A DNA stretch of 64,000 nt from a virus. Position 1 is the first letter of the stretch. Each line of letters starts with the position of its first letter. Both the position numbers and the translations under genes were made by a program. The stretch lies in the IMG/VR virus record IMGVR_UViG_3300042914_003763, positions 32,001-96,000 of that record. One strand, given 5' to 3'. A model generated the notes under the pieces. That model was given only the letters and a program-made list of their open reading frames with translations. It did no database searches and was not told where the DNA came from. Positions 28,879 to 39,558 of this stretch are shown here, piece by piece.

Positions 28879-29632
28879 TCATTTCTTTAACAGGTGTTCT
28901 ATCACCATTACAACTAATACTTCGTGGTGCAATAACATCACTAACTATGAAATCAGCATCACTATATAACTTAACTAACGTATCATCATAACTATTACTA
29001 GCTATAACAGTACAGTTAAGTTGGGATAACCAATTAACTAATCGTAGTTGATCTTCCCATTTGAAGTCTTGTTGTGCATATTTAGTGAATACATTATAGT
29101 AAGGTGGATCTACATATACAAAATCATCATCATTAATCTCAAGTTGTTCAAAATCACTACAAGAGAAACAATAGGTAGAAAAAAGATTAGTGTAGTTAGT
29201 GAAGTCTTGTAGCAACTTAACTGTTTTGTATTTACCGTATGGTACATTAAATTCTCCTTTGTTATTGAATCTACAAAGACCATTGAAACAATGTTTGTTT
29301 AGATAGTAAAACAATAACGCCGCATCTTTAGTTAAGTAGTTATTTTCTTCTATCCAAATATTAAACTGATTACGCCAAGTGTAATAGTAACTTTCATCAT
29401 TAACAAACAAATCTAAGTTAATATCTAGTTGTTGTTGTATTTGTTTATAGAGGTTAATTAAGTGAGGATTAACGTCATTAAGTAATGCAACTTCTGGTTC
29501 AATATGTAATGTAACAGCACTAGCACCACAAAACGGTTCAACTAATCGTTTATAGCTACCAGCATAATAATGTTCTGCTATATGATTAGCAAGGTGTCCT
29601 TTTGATCCACACCATTTTAACAAGGGTTTCAT
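28856..29632 (-). CDS. dam: Dam-family N6-adenine DNA methyltransferase (orphan)
   Basis: KPLLKW.G.K, EPFCGA, FNGLCRFN..GEFNVPYG, VDPPY. Confidence 0.9.
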   Translation of the reverse strand: MKPLLKWCGSKGHLANHIAEHYYAGSYKRLVEPFCGASAVTLHIEPEVALLNDVNPHLINLYKQIQQQLDINLDLFVNDESYYYTWRNQFNIWIEENNYLTKDAALLFYYLNKHCFNGLCRFNNKGEFNVPYGKYKTVKLLQDFTNYTNLFSTYCFSCSDFEQLEINDDDFVYVDPPYYNVFTKYAQQDFKWEDQLRLVNWLSQLNCTVIASNSYDDTLVKLYSDADFIVSDVIAPRSISCNGDRTPVKEMIVYRIKR

Positions 29633-29773
29633 AACTACTCTCCATAAGGAAATAACACTAACAATGGTAAGCTACAGATGGTCGCAATAGTAAAGCTGTA
29701 ATAATCACCAGCTAACCATCTGTCACATAAACCAAATGCAAAACCACCAGATAGAAAAATAAATGCTGCGAGT

Positions 29774-30115
29774 TTAATGTAAGTCATCTGTAAATACCCG
29801 ATCAAATAATTTATTTATGTTGTGTAAGTCAAATGATCCTTCATTTGTTATATTGAAACCTTCATACTTAACATAAGTTAAATCCATAAAAAGATTTATA
29901 CCTACATCAATAGCTAAATTATATTCAACATCTATAACAGGTTCTTGCCAACAATGAATAATTATACTATCAACTTCTTTAATATCATGTTTATCTAAAT
30001 AACTAAACAAACATTCAACGATATTACGTAACTTCTGTATTGTTTCATTATCATAACTAGTCGTTAGTTCTTGTATTCTGTTGTTACAATACCGTAATGC
30101 TTCACTTGTCAACAT
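29774..30115 (-). CDS. Hypothetical protein
   Basis: ORF with GGAG ribosome-binding site. Confidence 0.55.
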   Translation of the reverse strand: MLTSEALRYCNNRIQELTTSYDNETIQKLRNIVECLFSYLDKHDIKEVDSIIIHCWQEPVIDVEYNLAIDVGINLFMDLTYVKYEGFNITNEGSFDLHNINKLFDRVFTDDLH

Positions 30116-30126
30116 AACTATAACTC

Positions 30127-30885
30127 CTAATCTGGTATTCGTTTATTGCGCCGCACAAAGTCTAAAGCCGTTAGTAATCTATTATATGTTTTTTCTACCT
30201 CTTTCAGTCTATCTTCTGATATTTCATCGTTGTGTTCACTTGCAAACTGTATTTGTATAACACCATAATAATTGTTCTTTTCACCATTAACAGGAATAAG
30301 TCTAGTGTAAACAGCTTCTAATCCTATGCTATTAAGATATTGCTTGCAACCATTATCAACGTTAACATCTGAAATAGCATTACGAGTAAACTTATCTGAT
30401 TGGTAAGTTAATAACTCATCTTCTATTCCAGTTACATCAATATTCTTATAGCGTTTACGTAATGATGTTATACCAGTTTTAAGTGACTCATATGCCAGAC
30501 TTAACTTAGTGAAATGAAAACTCCCAACACTAGTACCATTATGAAACAATCCTACTACAACACGATCTGCATCAGTTAACGCTCTTAACTCAATTAATAT
30601 TTGTTCTATTTTCTTCTTCTGTTGAACCGAATCCTTATTGATGTAAGCTATTATGTTACCAGTTGTTGTTTTAAGTAATCTTATTTTACTAATATGATTT
30701 TGTATCACTACTACACTAGCTAGTAGTAACAATAATAAGTTAATAAAACTAATAGTACCTGTTTCTTTATATATTTTAATAGTATCTGTAATTAATTCTA
30801 TTTCTACATTAGTATTAGGTTCTTTAGTTGTACTTGTTGTTTGAGCAATGAACATAAAATATGATGTACGATATTGAATTACCAT
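30127..30885 (-). CDS. Single-TM protein with GAF-like domain; candidate T4 gpT-like holin
   Basis: TM INLLLLLLASVVVI, then ADRVVVGLFHNG...YGVIQIQF. Confidence 0.5.
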   Translation of the reverse strand: MVIQYRTSYFMFIAQTTSTTKEPNTNVEIELITDTIKIYKETGTISFINLLLLLLASVVVIQNHISKIRLLKTTTGNIIAYINKDSVQQKKKIEQILIELRALTDADRVVVGLFHNGTSVGSFHFTKLSLAYESLKTGITSLRKRYKNIDVTGIEDELLTYQSDKFTRNAISDVNVDNGCKQYLNSIGLEAVYTRLIPVNGEKNNYYGVIQIQFASEHNDEISEDRLKEVEKTYNRLLTALDFVRRNKRIPD

Positions 30886-30927
30886 ACATCATATTTTAAC
30901 TGATTACCGTAATACTACTACAATAGT

Positions 30928-31416
30928 TTATACATCGTTATTGTGTTCATCTTTCGTCTCATTACTTAACTTAATAAGAGAAGATAACACTGAATTAAAT
31001 ATTTCACGTTTCTCTTCTATTTGACCACCAGCGATAACTTCGTGTAAATCAAAGTCCTTCGATTCAATACCGAACTCTTTTACATAACTATTCACGTAAT
31101 TAGCCCGATTTAAGTTGGAATATAACCATTTCAACAAATCAAAGGTATAAATATTTGATTCAATTTCAATATCTAAATCCTTTAATTCATTGATACTACT
31201 ATCAGCAATCAAACTAAGTACATCAACAATATAATTATACACATAGTCATCAGGCATCATGTCACCATGAGCTACACGACATAATTCTTGTAATTTAGGA
31301 TCGGCATCATCTTTTCGCTTGTAGGTAGAAAAATTTTCAGTTCGTTCTAACGGTTCAAACTGATCAACATAACGTGCTGCTAATTCTCGTACTGCATCCA
31401 CATTGTAATCTGACAT
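30928..31416 (-). CDS. Acidic helical protein, possible DNA-mimic/anti-restriction protein
   Basis: Asp/Glu-rich; HGDMMPDD..Y and IYTFDLLKWL; start at MSDYN after GAGGA. Confidence 0.4.
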   Translation of the reverse strand: MSDYNVDAVRELAARYVDQFEPLERTENFSTYKRKDDADPKLQELCRVAHGDMMPDDYVYNYIVDVLSLIADSSINELKDLDIEIESNIYTFDLLKWLYSNLNRANYVNSYVKEFGIESKDFDLHEVIAGGQIEEKREIFNSVLSSLIKLSNETKDEHNNDV

Positions 31417-31485
31417 AATTCCTCTTTTTCTATCTCTAATAGCCACCAACAACAGTAATTGGAAACTTAATGAACGGATGACTAA

Positions 31486-32115
31486 TTACCAATTTAAAGC
31501 ACTACTTACAATTGGTAATTCTGTAATGAACAATTGTTTAACTTCATTAGCTAAATCGTAATGTTCTTTCTGTGTGCCAGATTCAGGGTTAGCACGAACA
31601 TTTAAATAATGAATCCAACTCCTGATTGTACCATTCATATACATCTTAGTTGTACTACTCATTGGTAATATACGTCTCGCTGATTCTTTAGCAATACCTT
31701 TATCTAATGCTTCATTATAGGTAGAAAAAAGTAATTGGTTTATGTAATTAACATTATCATCAAACCACTGTTTTGTTTCTACCTCTAAATCATCAATACT
31801 ATTCTGACGGTTTTTCACATCTTGACGACGTGGAATAGTTGGTTCAACTGTGAGAACTTTGGCGTATCGTTGTGAAAACTCTTGAAACGAAAAAGATTTA
31901 TGTCTAATTATTTGTGCTGATATATCTCTCGATGTAGTTAATTCAACACACATATTACCCATTTCAAATATAGACCAGTGTTGATGCTCAATACAATATC
32001 TAAGCAACTTAACAACATCAGGATTATCTTGATTAGCAGAATTACTAACTCTAGCACAGTAACCTATAATTTGTTCTACGTTTGGTGTCATCCAAACAAT
32101 TTTTACTTTATTCAT
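31486..32115 (-). CDS. thyX: Flavin-dependent thymidylate synthase
   Basis: [20 protein letters not shown] and ESAR motifs. Confidence 0.95.
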   Translation of the reverse strand: MNKVKIVWMTPNVEQIIGYCARVSNSANQDNPDVVKLLRYCIEHQHWSIFEMGNMCVELTTSRDISAQIIRHKSFSFQEFSQRYAKVLTVEPTIPRRQDVKNRQNSIDDLEVETKQWFDDNVNYINQLLFSTYNEALDKGIAKESARRILPMSSTTKMYMNGTIRSWIHYLNVRANPESGTQKEHYDLANEVKQLFITELPIVSSALNW

Positions 32116-32139
32116 AACATTCCTTATTATTAACTTTAA

Positions 32140-32247
32140 TTAAGATACATAATAATATTCAGAAAATTTAGGATTTTTAGATGAACCAATATAATACTTA
32201 TTGTTTACAGTGTTAAGAATCTTATAAATTCCACAATTATCAGTCAT
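32140..32247 (-). pseudogene. Truncated GIY-YIG homing endonuclease remnant
   Basis: MTDNCGIYKILNTVNNKYYIGSSKN then stop after 35 aa. Confidence 0.75.
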
Positions 32248-32344
32248 AATCGAATTACCGTATATCTATTTGTCTATAAACACCATAATATATATACCAA
32301 TTGCAAGTATTGTTGTTCGCTCATAATTACCTCTAATTGAATAC

Positions 32345-32371
32345 AAAAAGGTGGCATTTTATTACCACCTT
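32345..32371 (-). terminator. Terminator after dUTPase
   Basis: On - strand AAGGTGG...CCACCTTTTT. Confidence 0.65.
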
Positions 32372-32383
32372 ACTGTTAGTTAT

Positions 32384-32863
32384 TTAAATACCTGTACTAC
32401 CAAATCCATTACTACCACGTTTATGTTCTTGTATTTCTTCTACTTCAATTACAGTAGGAACAATAACAGGGAGTACTACAAACTGAGCAATCTTTTGTCC
32501 TGGTTTAATTGTAATAGGTTCATTACTTAGGTTAACTGCTATTACGATAATGTTCCCAGTATATTCATTATCAACAGTGCCAGGGGAATTTAGTATACCT
32601 AATCCTTCTTTTGCCGAACGTCCTGACTTAGCACGAACTTGTCCTTCATATACTAATAACTCAGTTGTACCGTCATTACAGTTGATTAATTTTGGTTCTG
32701 GTAATTGAATAACAATACCCGTATCAATCATACGACGTTCTAACGGTTGAAGTGTAATAACTTCCATGTCAGTTGGACTAGTTAAATCAATTCCACTATC
32801 TAATGAATAGGCTCTAGTAGGAATAATAGCGTTAGGATTAACTTTTTTGATTTGTAATTGCAT
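32384..32863 (-). CDS. dut: Trimeric dUTPase
   Basis: SGIDL, KSG, GTVDNEYTG, KIAQ and RGSNGFGSTG motifs. Confidence 0.95.
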   Translation of the reverse strand: MQLQIKKVNPNAIIPTRAYSLDSGIDLTSPTDMEVITLQPLERRMIDTGIVIQLPEPKLINCNDGTTELLVYEGQVRAKSGRSAKEGLGILNSPGTVDNEYTGNIIVIAVNLSNEPITIKPGQKIAQFVVLPVIVPTVIEVEEIQEHKRGSNGFGSTGI

Positions 32864-32892
32864 TCTTATATTTCCTTATAACAGTTATTAGT

Positions 32893-33609
32893 TTAATTCA
32901 AGTCCAACATTTGAGCTAATGTTTCTTCAAGATAAGCAACATCTTCACCATAGTACAATACGTTATTCTTGTACATTGGTAATGATTCAAGATGTTTACC
33001 TACTCTTAATGCACTAGCAGCACGTTTACTAAATGTATGTCGTTTAGTCCAACTACCTAATCCCTTACTAACTAAATATTGTTGTGCAGTTACAGCTTGT
33101 TCTGTTGAATCGTTATCAGAGTTAAGTATATTGAAACAACCAGGATTACTAATACCTTTACGAGTAAATTGTTTTAATTGATTACTGTCTTCAAGTAAGC
33201 GACGATTAATGTTAGTTTGTTCTTCAATGAACGTGAGTATCTTACTCATATCGTTAACAGGAGAGATAGAAAAATGTCCTGTTTTACGTAAGGTAGGTAA
33301 GACTTCTGATGTTACCCATTTCTTAAACTTCTTAGCTTCAGGTTTAGTGCTGTTGAAGATAGCTGCATACAAACCTGATTCATTTATAATGGAAAGTCTG
33401 AAACTATTGTCTGGTAAGGATTGTGCTATTTCGGGAAATAGCTGAGGATTAATTTCTCGCTTATCTTCATCGTCTATAAGTTGCAACATTTTACCTGTAC
33501 CACTATATTCTAGTAATTCGGATAAATCTTTAGCTACGAACCAATGGTCATTATCTAATTCAACAATTCTAATAGATCCGTAGTTTTCGTACTTAAATAA
33601 CTGTAACAT
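32893..33609 (-). CDS. Bro-N domain antirepressor-like protein
   Basis: WFVAKDL, INESGLY, KPEAKKFKKWVTSEVLPTLRKTG. Confidence 0.9.
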   Translation of the reverse strand: MLQLFKYENYGSIRIVELDNDHWFVAKDLSELLEYSGTGKMLQLIDDEDKREINPQLFPEIAQSLPDNSFRLSIINESGLYAAIFNSTKPEAKKFKKWVTSEVLPTLRKTGHFSISPVNDMSKILTFIEEQTNINRRLLEDSNQLKQFTRKGISNPGCFNILNSDNDSTEQAVTAQQYLVSKGLGSWTKRHTFSKRAASALRVGKHLESLPMYKNNVLYYGEDVAYLEETLAQMLDLN

Positions 33610-33755
33610 CGTAATCTCTTTATTGTTTATCAACTAACTCAGATAATGCTTCAATTTGACTGTCTTTAAGTAATGCTAACACTTCGTTACGCCCCCAACC
33701 AGTTTTAGATTGTAACTTTTGTTGGAATAATTCGTTAATGCGTTCGATTAATTGT

Positions 33756-34088
33756 TTATTGTACATTGTTATTTCTCCTATCACTAATTACAGCAGCTAA
33801 CAAGATACTGTAGTTTACCAAATCAAGTAAAGTGTCATCAATCTTCTCATCTTCAACTAACAATACACCTTGTTGTAAGAAGCTATTAATGCGACTTAGC
33901 TTATCTGAAATTCGCGTCATGATACCAATCTCAGTAGAACAAATACCCATTTTTTCTACTAATTGTAAATTAGCAAATGGATTATTTTTTACTTGAGTAC
34001 CGCAATAGTCATGATTCTTCTTAGAACTAATAGCTAATGCACGATCTGTTAGTTGTTTATGGAACTCGATAAACTGTTCTCTATTCAT
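33756..34088 (-). CDS. DUF1599/nucleotide-modification-associated domain protein
   Basis: KKNHDY, RISDKLSRI, E.IDDTLLDLVNYS. Confidence 0.75.
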   Translation of the reverse strand: MNREQFIEFHKQLTDRALAISSKKNHDYCGTQVKNNPFANLQLVEKMGICSTEIGIMTRISDKLSRINSFLQQGVLLVEDEKIDDTLLDLVNYSILLAAVISDRRNNNVQ

Positions 34089-35303
34089 CTTTTTAAATCT
34101 CCTATTATATCGTTAAGTAACTCACTCATTACCTGATCATGTAAAGGATTACTTCTTTTGGTAGCATTTAACACTAAGTCAACAAAGATATTTTTTGTTA
34201 ACTCATCAGTAATTAATGAAGCAACATTAACTACAATATCATAATCAATTTCATCATAATTATCTTGTAGTTTACGTAATGCTTCTTGTACTTCAATAGT
34301 GTCAGGTAATTCTTGTTGTAGTTGTTTCCAGTTAATCATCACTTTTATTTCCTACTCTTAATTTAACATCTTTAACTACATTACCATTAAACACATAGTT
34401 AAAATAACTATTAACTTATAATGCTTTAGTAGTTAATTCAATTAATTGACACATTAGTTTAACTCCTTATTACAATAACGTTTTACGAAATTAAGCGGCA
34501 ATGATTAGTTAAATCCGCCGCTATTAAATTACTTATTCCAATTTAACTCATCATCTACATCTTTCATTATTTTTTCTACCTCCATTTCATTTTGTTCATA
34601 CTCATCAAGTGCTTCATCTACTATTTCTTCAGCTAAATCGTTAAACATTGAAGGGTGAGTACCATCTTCCAATATTCCATACACATTGAGTGGATCTTTA
34701 ACATTGTATGTAATTTTTATGTGATTTGTAGTAATAATAGTACCATATCCCCAACCACCTCTATGATCTGTATCATATTGACTATCACCAATATGAATAT
34801 GATAATCACCATCAACAAGTTGTAATCTTATATCAACTTCTGTTATCTCATTATCATTTTCGTAATGCAACATAACGTTTTCTATTTCTTGTTTTACTGC
34901 TACAATTAATTGTTCTCTGTTGTACATAACAATCTCCAATTAGTCTGAATATAAATAAAATAAGGAATAGTAACAAGAAACAAATACTAATAACACATAA
35001 CAATTGAAATGCTATTAGTATTAGTAGGAATAATGTGTGACTTAACGTAGTTAGTGTTTCAATCATATTACATTACAGTAATTGAGTTTCAGTAACTCTA
35101 ATATAACCATCTGGTACTTCTGTTAATCTAGTAGCAATACAAGGTTTAGTATTATCACTAGTACACATCCATACTTTAAGTTGTTGTAACATCTCTTGTA
35201 CATCATAGTAACAAGGTAAACAAGTATTATCATCTGCTGATAATTCAGGACAATATCTATCACATGGTTGGAACATAATTACCTCTTTGACTATAATTGT
35301 CAA
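34085..35303 (-). other. Four small hypothetical ORFs (34085-34342, 34529-34939, 34854-35066, 35073-35303)
   Basis: Co-oriented ORFs; one membrane-like, one Cys-rich. Confidence 0.55.
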
Positions 35304-35381
35304 TTCTAACTACTTATGTTTATAATGAAAAAGACGGTGTTGAGTTACCGTCTTGTTGTTTAAACATTAAGTTGATTCATT

Positions 35382-36239
35382 ATGGAAATTGTAACACCTT
35401 ACAAGTCTGAAGATGGAATTACCTTTTACATCTCTAACGATGGTAAACAAACGGGAATTAGTATAGTTGGATTAGAACGACTTTTGGGTTTAGATCCTAG
35501 AAGTTGCTTGTTTACAAAAAGTCAGAATAAGTTGTTATGGAGGATGTCTATTGGAGATGACCCCCTGGAAACTGATCCTGAATGCTTGAAACCTTTATGG
35601 GGTAAAGTTTTTGAACCCACTGCCGTTGGATCAGATGGTGCTAGGATAGTACGTTCTCAAACTATGGTAGCTATTATTGAATATTATGCTTTTGATAGAA
35701 ACAATCCAGTAGCTAAACATAGTTTTAGAGCGTTTGCTAATATAGGTGTTGATAATTGGATTAAACAGACTGTTAATTATACAGTTGATGAAAAACAAAA
35801 TGAAATGTTGAATATGTTACGTCAACTTCATCAAGATATGCAAATTGTTAAAACAAAGGTAGAAAAATTAGAACGTCTTGATGGTATTACAGTAACGTTG
35901 TATCCTGGTGCTAAACATATTAACGATGGTTTATCATCAACCAATCAACTAATGCTAATGGATGATCGTCTTTACTCTGCTAAAGATTGGTTAGCATCTA
36001 AAGGTGTTAAGCTAACTCACGGAGGTTATATTAGTTTTGGACATCTTGTAGCTCAGACTTATAAAACATTAACGGGTAAAAATCCTCAAGTTAAGTACAA
36101 AACAAGTCCACGTAAAAACAAACCTGGTAAAACTGTTAAAGCTAAAGAAGGTTGGGGTTATCGCAACATTGACTTTTACATAATGGAAGCAGCTTATGAG
36201 AAGTTCAAGAAAAAAATGTTGTGGAAAATAGAAGAATAA
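35382..36239 (+). CDS. Antirepressor-like DNA-binding protein inserted against local orientation
   Basis: DGITFYIS...ISIVGL; paralog of 10467..11303; flanked by hairpins. Confidence 0.6.
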   Translation: MEIVTPYKSEDGITFYISNDGKQTGISIVGLERLLGLDPRSCLFTKSQNKLLWRMSIGDDPLETDPECLKPLWGKVFEPTAVGSDGARIVRSQTMVAIIEYYAFDRNNPVAKHSFRAFANIGVDNWIKQTVNYTVDEKQNEMLNMLRQLHQDMQIVKTKVEKLERLDGITVTLYPGAKHINDGLSSTNQLMLMDDRLYSAKDWLASKGVKLTHGGYISFGHLVAQTYKTLTGKNPQVKYKTSPRKNKPGKTVKAKEGWGYRNIDFYIMEAAYEKFKKKMLWKIEE

Positions 36240-36246
36240 GTTAAAC

Positions 36247-36276
36247 AAAAAGAGGGTAACTAAAACCCTCTTTTTC
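36247..36276. terminator. Bidirectional terminator
   Basis: AAAAAGAGGGT...ACCCTCTTTTT between convergent genes. Confidence 0.8.
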
Positions 36277-36302
36277 TAATCTTATTTGATTAAGCGTTAT
36301 TG

Positions 36303-37061
36303 TTAGTATAGTAAAGCGTTTGGACTTTCAAAAAAGCTATAATCATCAGCTACATTAGTTAACTCTTCCAATTCCGGCGCATAACCATCACTGATCAACA
36401 GTTTACTTTGAGTCATGAAAAAGTCCTTGTCTAATCCTGGTACTTTCAAATCACTCATCATCCAATCAAGTGTTTTTTCTACCAATTTGTCAATAGCCCC
36501 TACTTGTTTGAAGTCATGTCCAATGTTAGCTAATACACCACGATTGGTAGCTACATGGCGCATTTCATCCCTACTGACATTACCAGCAAGCATAGATAAA
36601 CTTTCACCACCAAAGAGGCGTAATATGCTCAATGATACCAGAAACACACCCATTTCAGCATAAGCAGCTTTCATGATTGGATGGTAGTCATCAGTGTTCC
36701 ATTCAGCAAATATAGCTTGAGTATCTTTATAATCTTCAAGTAGATAGTCTTCAGCAGCGTATTGAAATGCACGGTAATGTAAAGTTTCATCTCCTATATT
36801 ACTAAGTAATAATTTATACGCATCTTCTGTAACAGGTAATTCTTTTTTAGTAGCATCTGCTATCCATTCACCAACATTAAGTTCAAGTGTTAATGCTAAT
36901 GCAATTACCTTACTTACTGTTTCAGGAACACCTTGACTCATTTGAACTAATGGTGTTTTTGGCATCTTAGAAGCAGTCCATTCAAACCCTGTACATTTAC
37001 CATTTCTAGAATTATAGTTGTTACGAGATTCAAGTAAAGAACGATAAGTTAATTTAGTCAT
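36303..37061 (-). CDS. nrdB: Class I ribonucleotide reductase beta subunit (cyanophage-type)
   Basis: Ferritin-like ligands LEL, DETLH, AEMG and DEMRH; adjacent to alpha subunit. Confidence 0.85.
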   Translation of the reverse strand: MTKLTYRSLLESRNNYNSRNGKCTGFEWTASKMPKTPLVQMSQGVPETVSKVIALALTLELNVGEWIADATKKELPVTEDAYKLLLSNIGDETLHYRAFQYAAEDYLLEDYKDTQAIFAEWNTDDYHPIMKAAYAEMGVFLVSLSILRLFGGESLSMLAGNVSRDEMRHVATNRGVLANIGHDFKQVGAIDKLVEKTLDWMMSDLKVPGLDKDFFMTQSKLLISDGYAPELEELTNVADDYSFFESPNALLY

Positions 37062-37131
37062 GATAGTTAATATAGAGGTAGAAAAAAGGGTTATTAATAC
37101 TAACCCTTAATGTTCATTAAGTTAATCAACC

Positions 37132-38955
37132 TTATTCGGCACAAGCAGCACATTCACCTGGATTGTTGATTGCACAAAACGCTTTCTCATTTTCACTCAC
37201 TGCTGTGTTGGCTACTGCTTTATTGAGATAAGACTGATCAACTTTATCTGCTAACTGATAATAAGTTGTTACTAATGGTGAACGTAACATGAAATCACGT
37301 AACCATTCTTCATCAATTTCACGATACAAGTCAAATGACATACAATGCGCCATTCCAGTTGTATTCATTAATCTTTGGAACAATTCCCATAGTCGTTGTA
37401 CTGCATCAACACCGTTAGATTGAATAAACTCTTTTATTGTTTCTACCTTATTACCGTAATAGTAGAAACCAGCTAACTTATCAACAGTATGACTAGTGCG
37501 TCGTACACGTCTATCTAATGGTGGGTTAATCTGTTTACATACTGTATTACCATCAAGGTCTTGATAACGGAATGCACATGATTGTGTAGGCGCAATCGTA
37601 AACATTCTTTCAAGTCCCACTTCACGTCCTATTTCAGCAGCAGCTTGATAACCTTCGTGAATAGCATTAAATAGTTGCCACTCAATTTTGTTTTGTAGAT
37701 AAAAGTCATCATTAAGATATGCTTCACCTGCTCGAATAAAGTCAAGGTACTTGATATCAAAGTGCGCTAACATATTAGCTAAACCAATCCAACCAATACC
37801 AATTTGTCTGTCTTCTTCTGCTGATAAGTATTGAGAAGCACGACCACCAACTTCATTCTTCCAACGTTTCCATAAATCACAACCTAAATATGCAATCTCT
37901 TTGAACGCAGGAACGATATCTTCAATTTTTTCTATCTGACCACCGTTGATGTGTAATAGTAAGCACGTTGCTTTATCAGCTAAAATTATTTCTTTGCAAA
38001 CTTGCGAGTATAAACGTTCGATACTATAGTTAATACCAAAATAATTAACTTCAATATCTTTAAGTGGTACTCCTATTTCGTAATTAACACCGCCACGTTC
38101 TTCATACCCACAATCAACTTTATATATTGTTTTCTCTAACATTAGTGATTTATCATTAACACGTACTTCTACAAGTTTCATTAATCTCTTGTCTTGTAGA
38201 ATATCTGAATCAACAATAATACCTTTCTTACCACTACCAGGAATGTCAGCTAATGGAACATTGAGGTATTTAATAATATCAGGATGTGTATAGATGAGTG
38301 AAAAAGTCACTATCCCATTTTTGAAGTTCCCACCGCGACGTAACACTTCATTCATCTGACCGCATAACTTCATAAAGCTAATCAAATCACCTTTGTTAAT
38401 GTGATTCAAAATAGCTTCGTAAATAGTTAAAAACGATACAGCACCAGATGATGTTAAACCTTTACCATTATCAATACCTTTGGGACGTAATCGAGATAAG
38501 TCAATTACTGGAATATTACTTGATTCAATAACTTCAATAAATGACTTCCATGATTGTTCGATAGAAACAAAAGCATCTACACTTTCTTCCATTGAATCAT
38601 TAACTGAAATAACTATGTAATCACCTTCATTACGATTAGAATCGTTTAATATAAATAAACGTAACTTTTGTTCATCAGTTAAATCAACATAATCAGGATG
38701 ATCTTCAGGAAGGTAGAAAAAATATTGTTTATCTACTTGAGGTTGACGCGCTTTAAAGTCATCTAAGTTAACACATATACCAGCACCACCTCTTAGCGCA
38801 ATAGATAAATATTTAATTGCGTCAAATATATCATTACGATATTTCTTTATAGAACACGATACAGGCATTAGACTATTACTATTGCCGTTATTTAATTGTT
38901 CAGTATATGATTGAACTCTGCCAGTTAGAGCAATAAACTTGCTTACATCTTGCAT
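37132..38955 (-). CDS. nrdA: Class I ribonucleotide reductase alpha subunit, no ATP cone
   Basis: PVSC, LRRGG, VCKEI, TCLL, IAPT and C-terminal CAACAE. Confidence 0.9.
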   Translation of the reverse strand: MQDVSKFIALTGRVQSYTEQLNNGNSNSLMPVSCSIKKYRNDIFDAIKYLSIALRGGAGICVNLDDFKARQPQVDKQYFFYLPEDHPDYVDLTDEQKLRLFILNDSNRNEGDYIVISVNDSMEESVDAFVSIEQSWKSFIEVIESSNIPVIDLSRLRPKGIDNGKGLTSSGAVSFLTIYEAILNHINKGDLISFMKLCGQMNEVLRRGGNFKNGIVTFSLIYTHPDIIKYLNVPLADIPGSGKKGIIVDSDILQDKRLMKLVEVRVNDKSLMLEKTIYKVDCGYEERGGVNYEIGVPLKDIEVNYFGINYSIERLYSQVCKEIILADKATCLLLHINGGQIEKIEDIVPAFKEIAYLGCDLWKRWKNEVGGRASQYLSAEEDRQIGIGWIGLANMLAHFDIKYLDFIRAGEAYLNDDFYLQNKIEWQLFNAIHEGYQAAAEIGREVGLERMFTIAPTQSCAFRYQDLDGNTVCKQINPPLDRRVRRTSHTVDKLAGFYYYGNKVETIKEFIQSNGVDAVQRLWELFQRLMNTTGMAHCMSFDLYREIDEEWLRDFMLRSPLVTTYYQLADKVDQSYLNKAVANTAVSENEKAFCAINNPGECAACAE

Positions 38956-39058
38956 CTTATTTCTACCTTATGTTGGTTATGTGATTACAGCTTTAATTAG
39001 TCTAACAAGTAGTAGTTGAGGATGACCGTTGTTACTACTACTTGTTTTGTAGAGTTAG

Positions 39059-39556
39059 TTAGTAACCGCAATCATAATCATTAACTATTACACGATCACG
39101 TAATATTATTACTTCAGCATTATCACCAAACTGTTTTTGACATTCCTCTTTTACAGTTTGTAATGCTGAATAAATAACAGATAATAATTTTACTTTATCT
39201 TCATCTATTGTGTTAGTATAAATACGTTTCTTAGTTTCATTATCCCACTCACAATTAAATTCCCACTTAGTCACCACACTATATTCTTCTTTGCCTATTT
39301 CAATTACGGTATCAAAACTACTGTAATTACTTTCATTATCCTTTTTAACAATATAACCAGGATCATCCATCGTAAATGTACAAGGATCTCCATCATTAAA
39401 CGAAGGAATATATTGTATCCATCTAATACCAATAAATTCGGGATACTTATCTAACGTAGAACAAATCTGTTGTTTAATTAAAACAAATAATTCCTCATTT
39501 AACTTTTTACGTTGTGTATCAATTTCATTAATCTTCTTGTACACATCTTCAAACAT
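39059..39556 (-). CDS. Conserved phage hypothetical protein
   Basis: WxQYxPxFNDGDPC motif. Confidence 0.6.
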   Translation of the reverse strand: MFEDVYKKINEIDTQRKKLNEELFVLIKQQICSTLDKYPEFIGIRWIQYIPSFNDGDPCTFTMDDPGYIVKKDNESNYSSFDTVIEIGKEEYSVVTKWEFNCEWDNETKKRIYTNTIDEDKVKLLSVIYSALQTVKEECQKQFGDNAEVIILRDRVIVNDYDCGY

Positions 39557-39558
39557 AA

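Noticed and set aside
1919-32262. TACGGTAA upstream of several starts (~1920, ~10453, ~18050, reverse ~30905 and ~32257) as a late promoter
   Set aside because: Few copies, mostly at RBS spacing; explainable as a GGTGAT-like Shine-Dalgarno variant.
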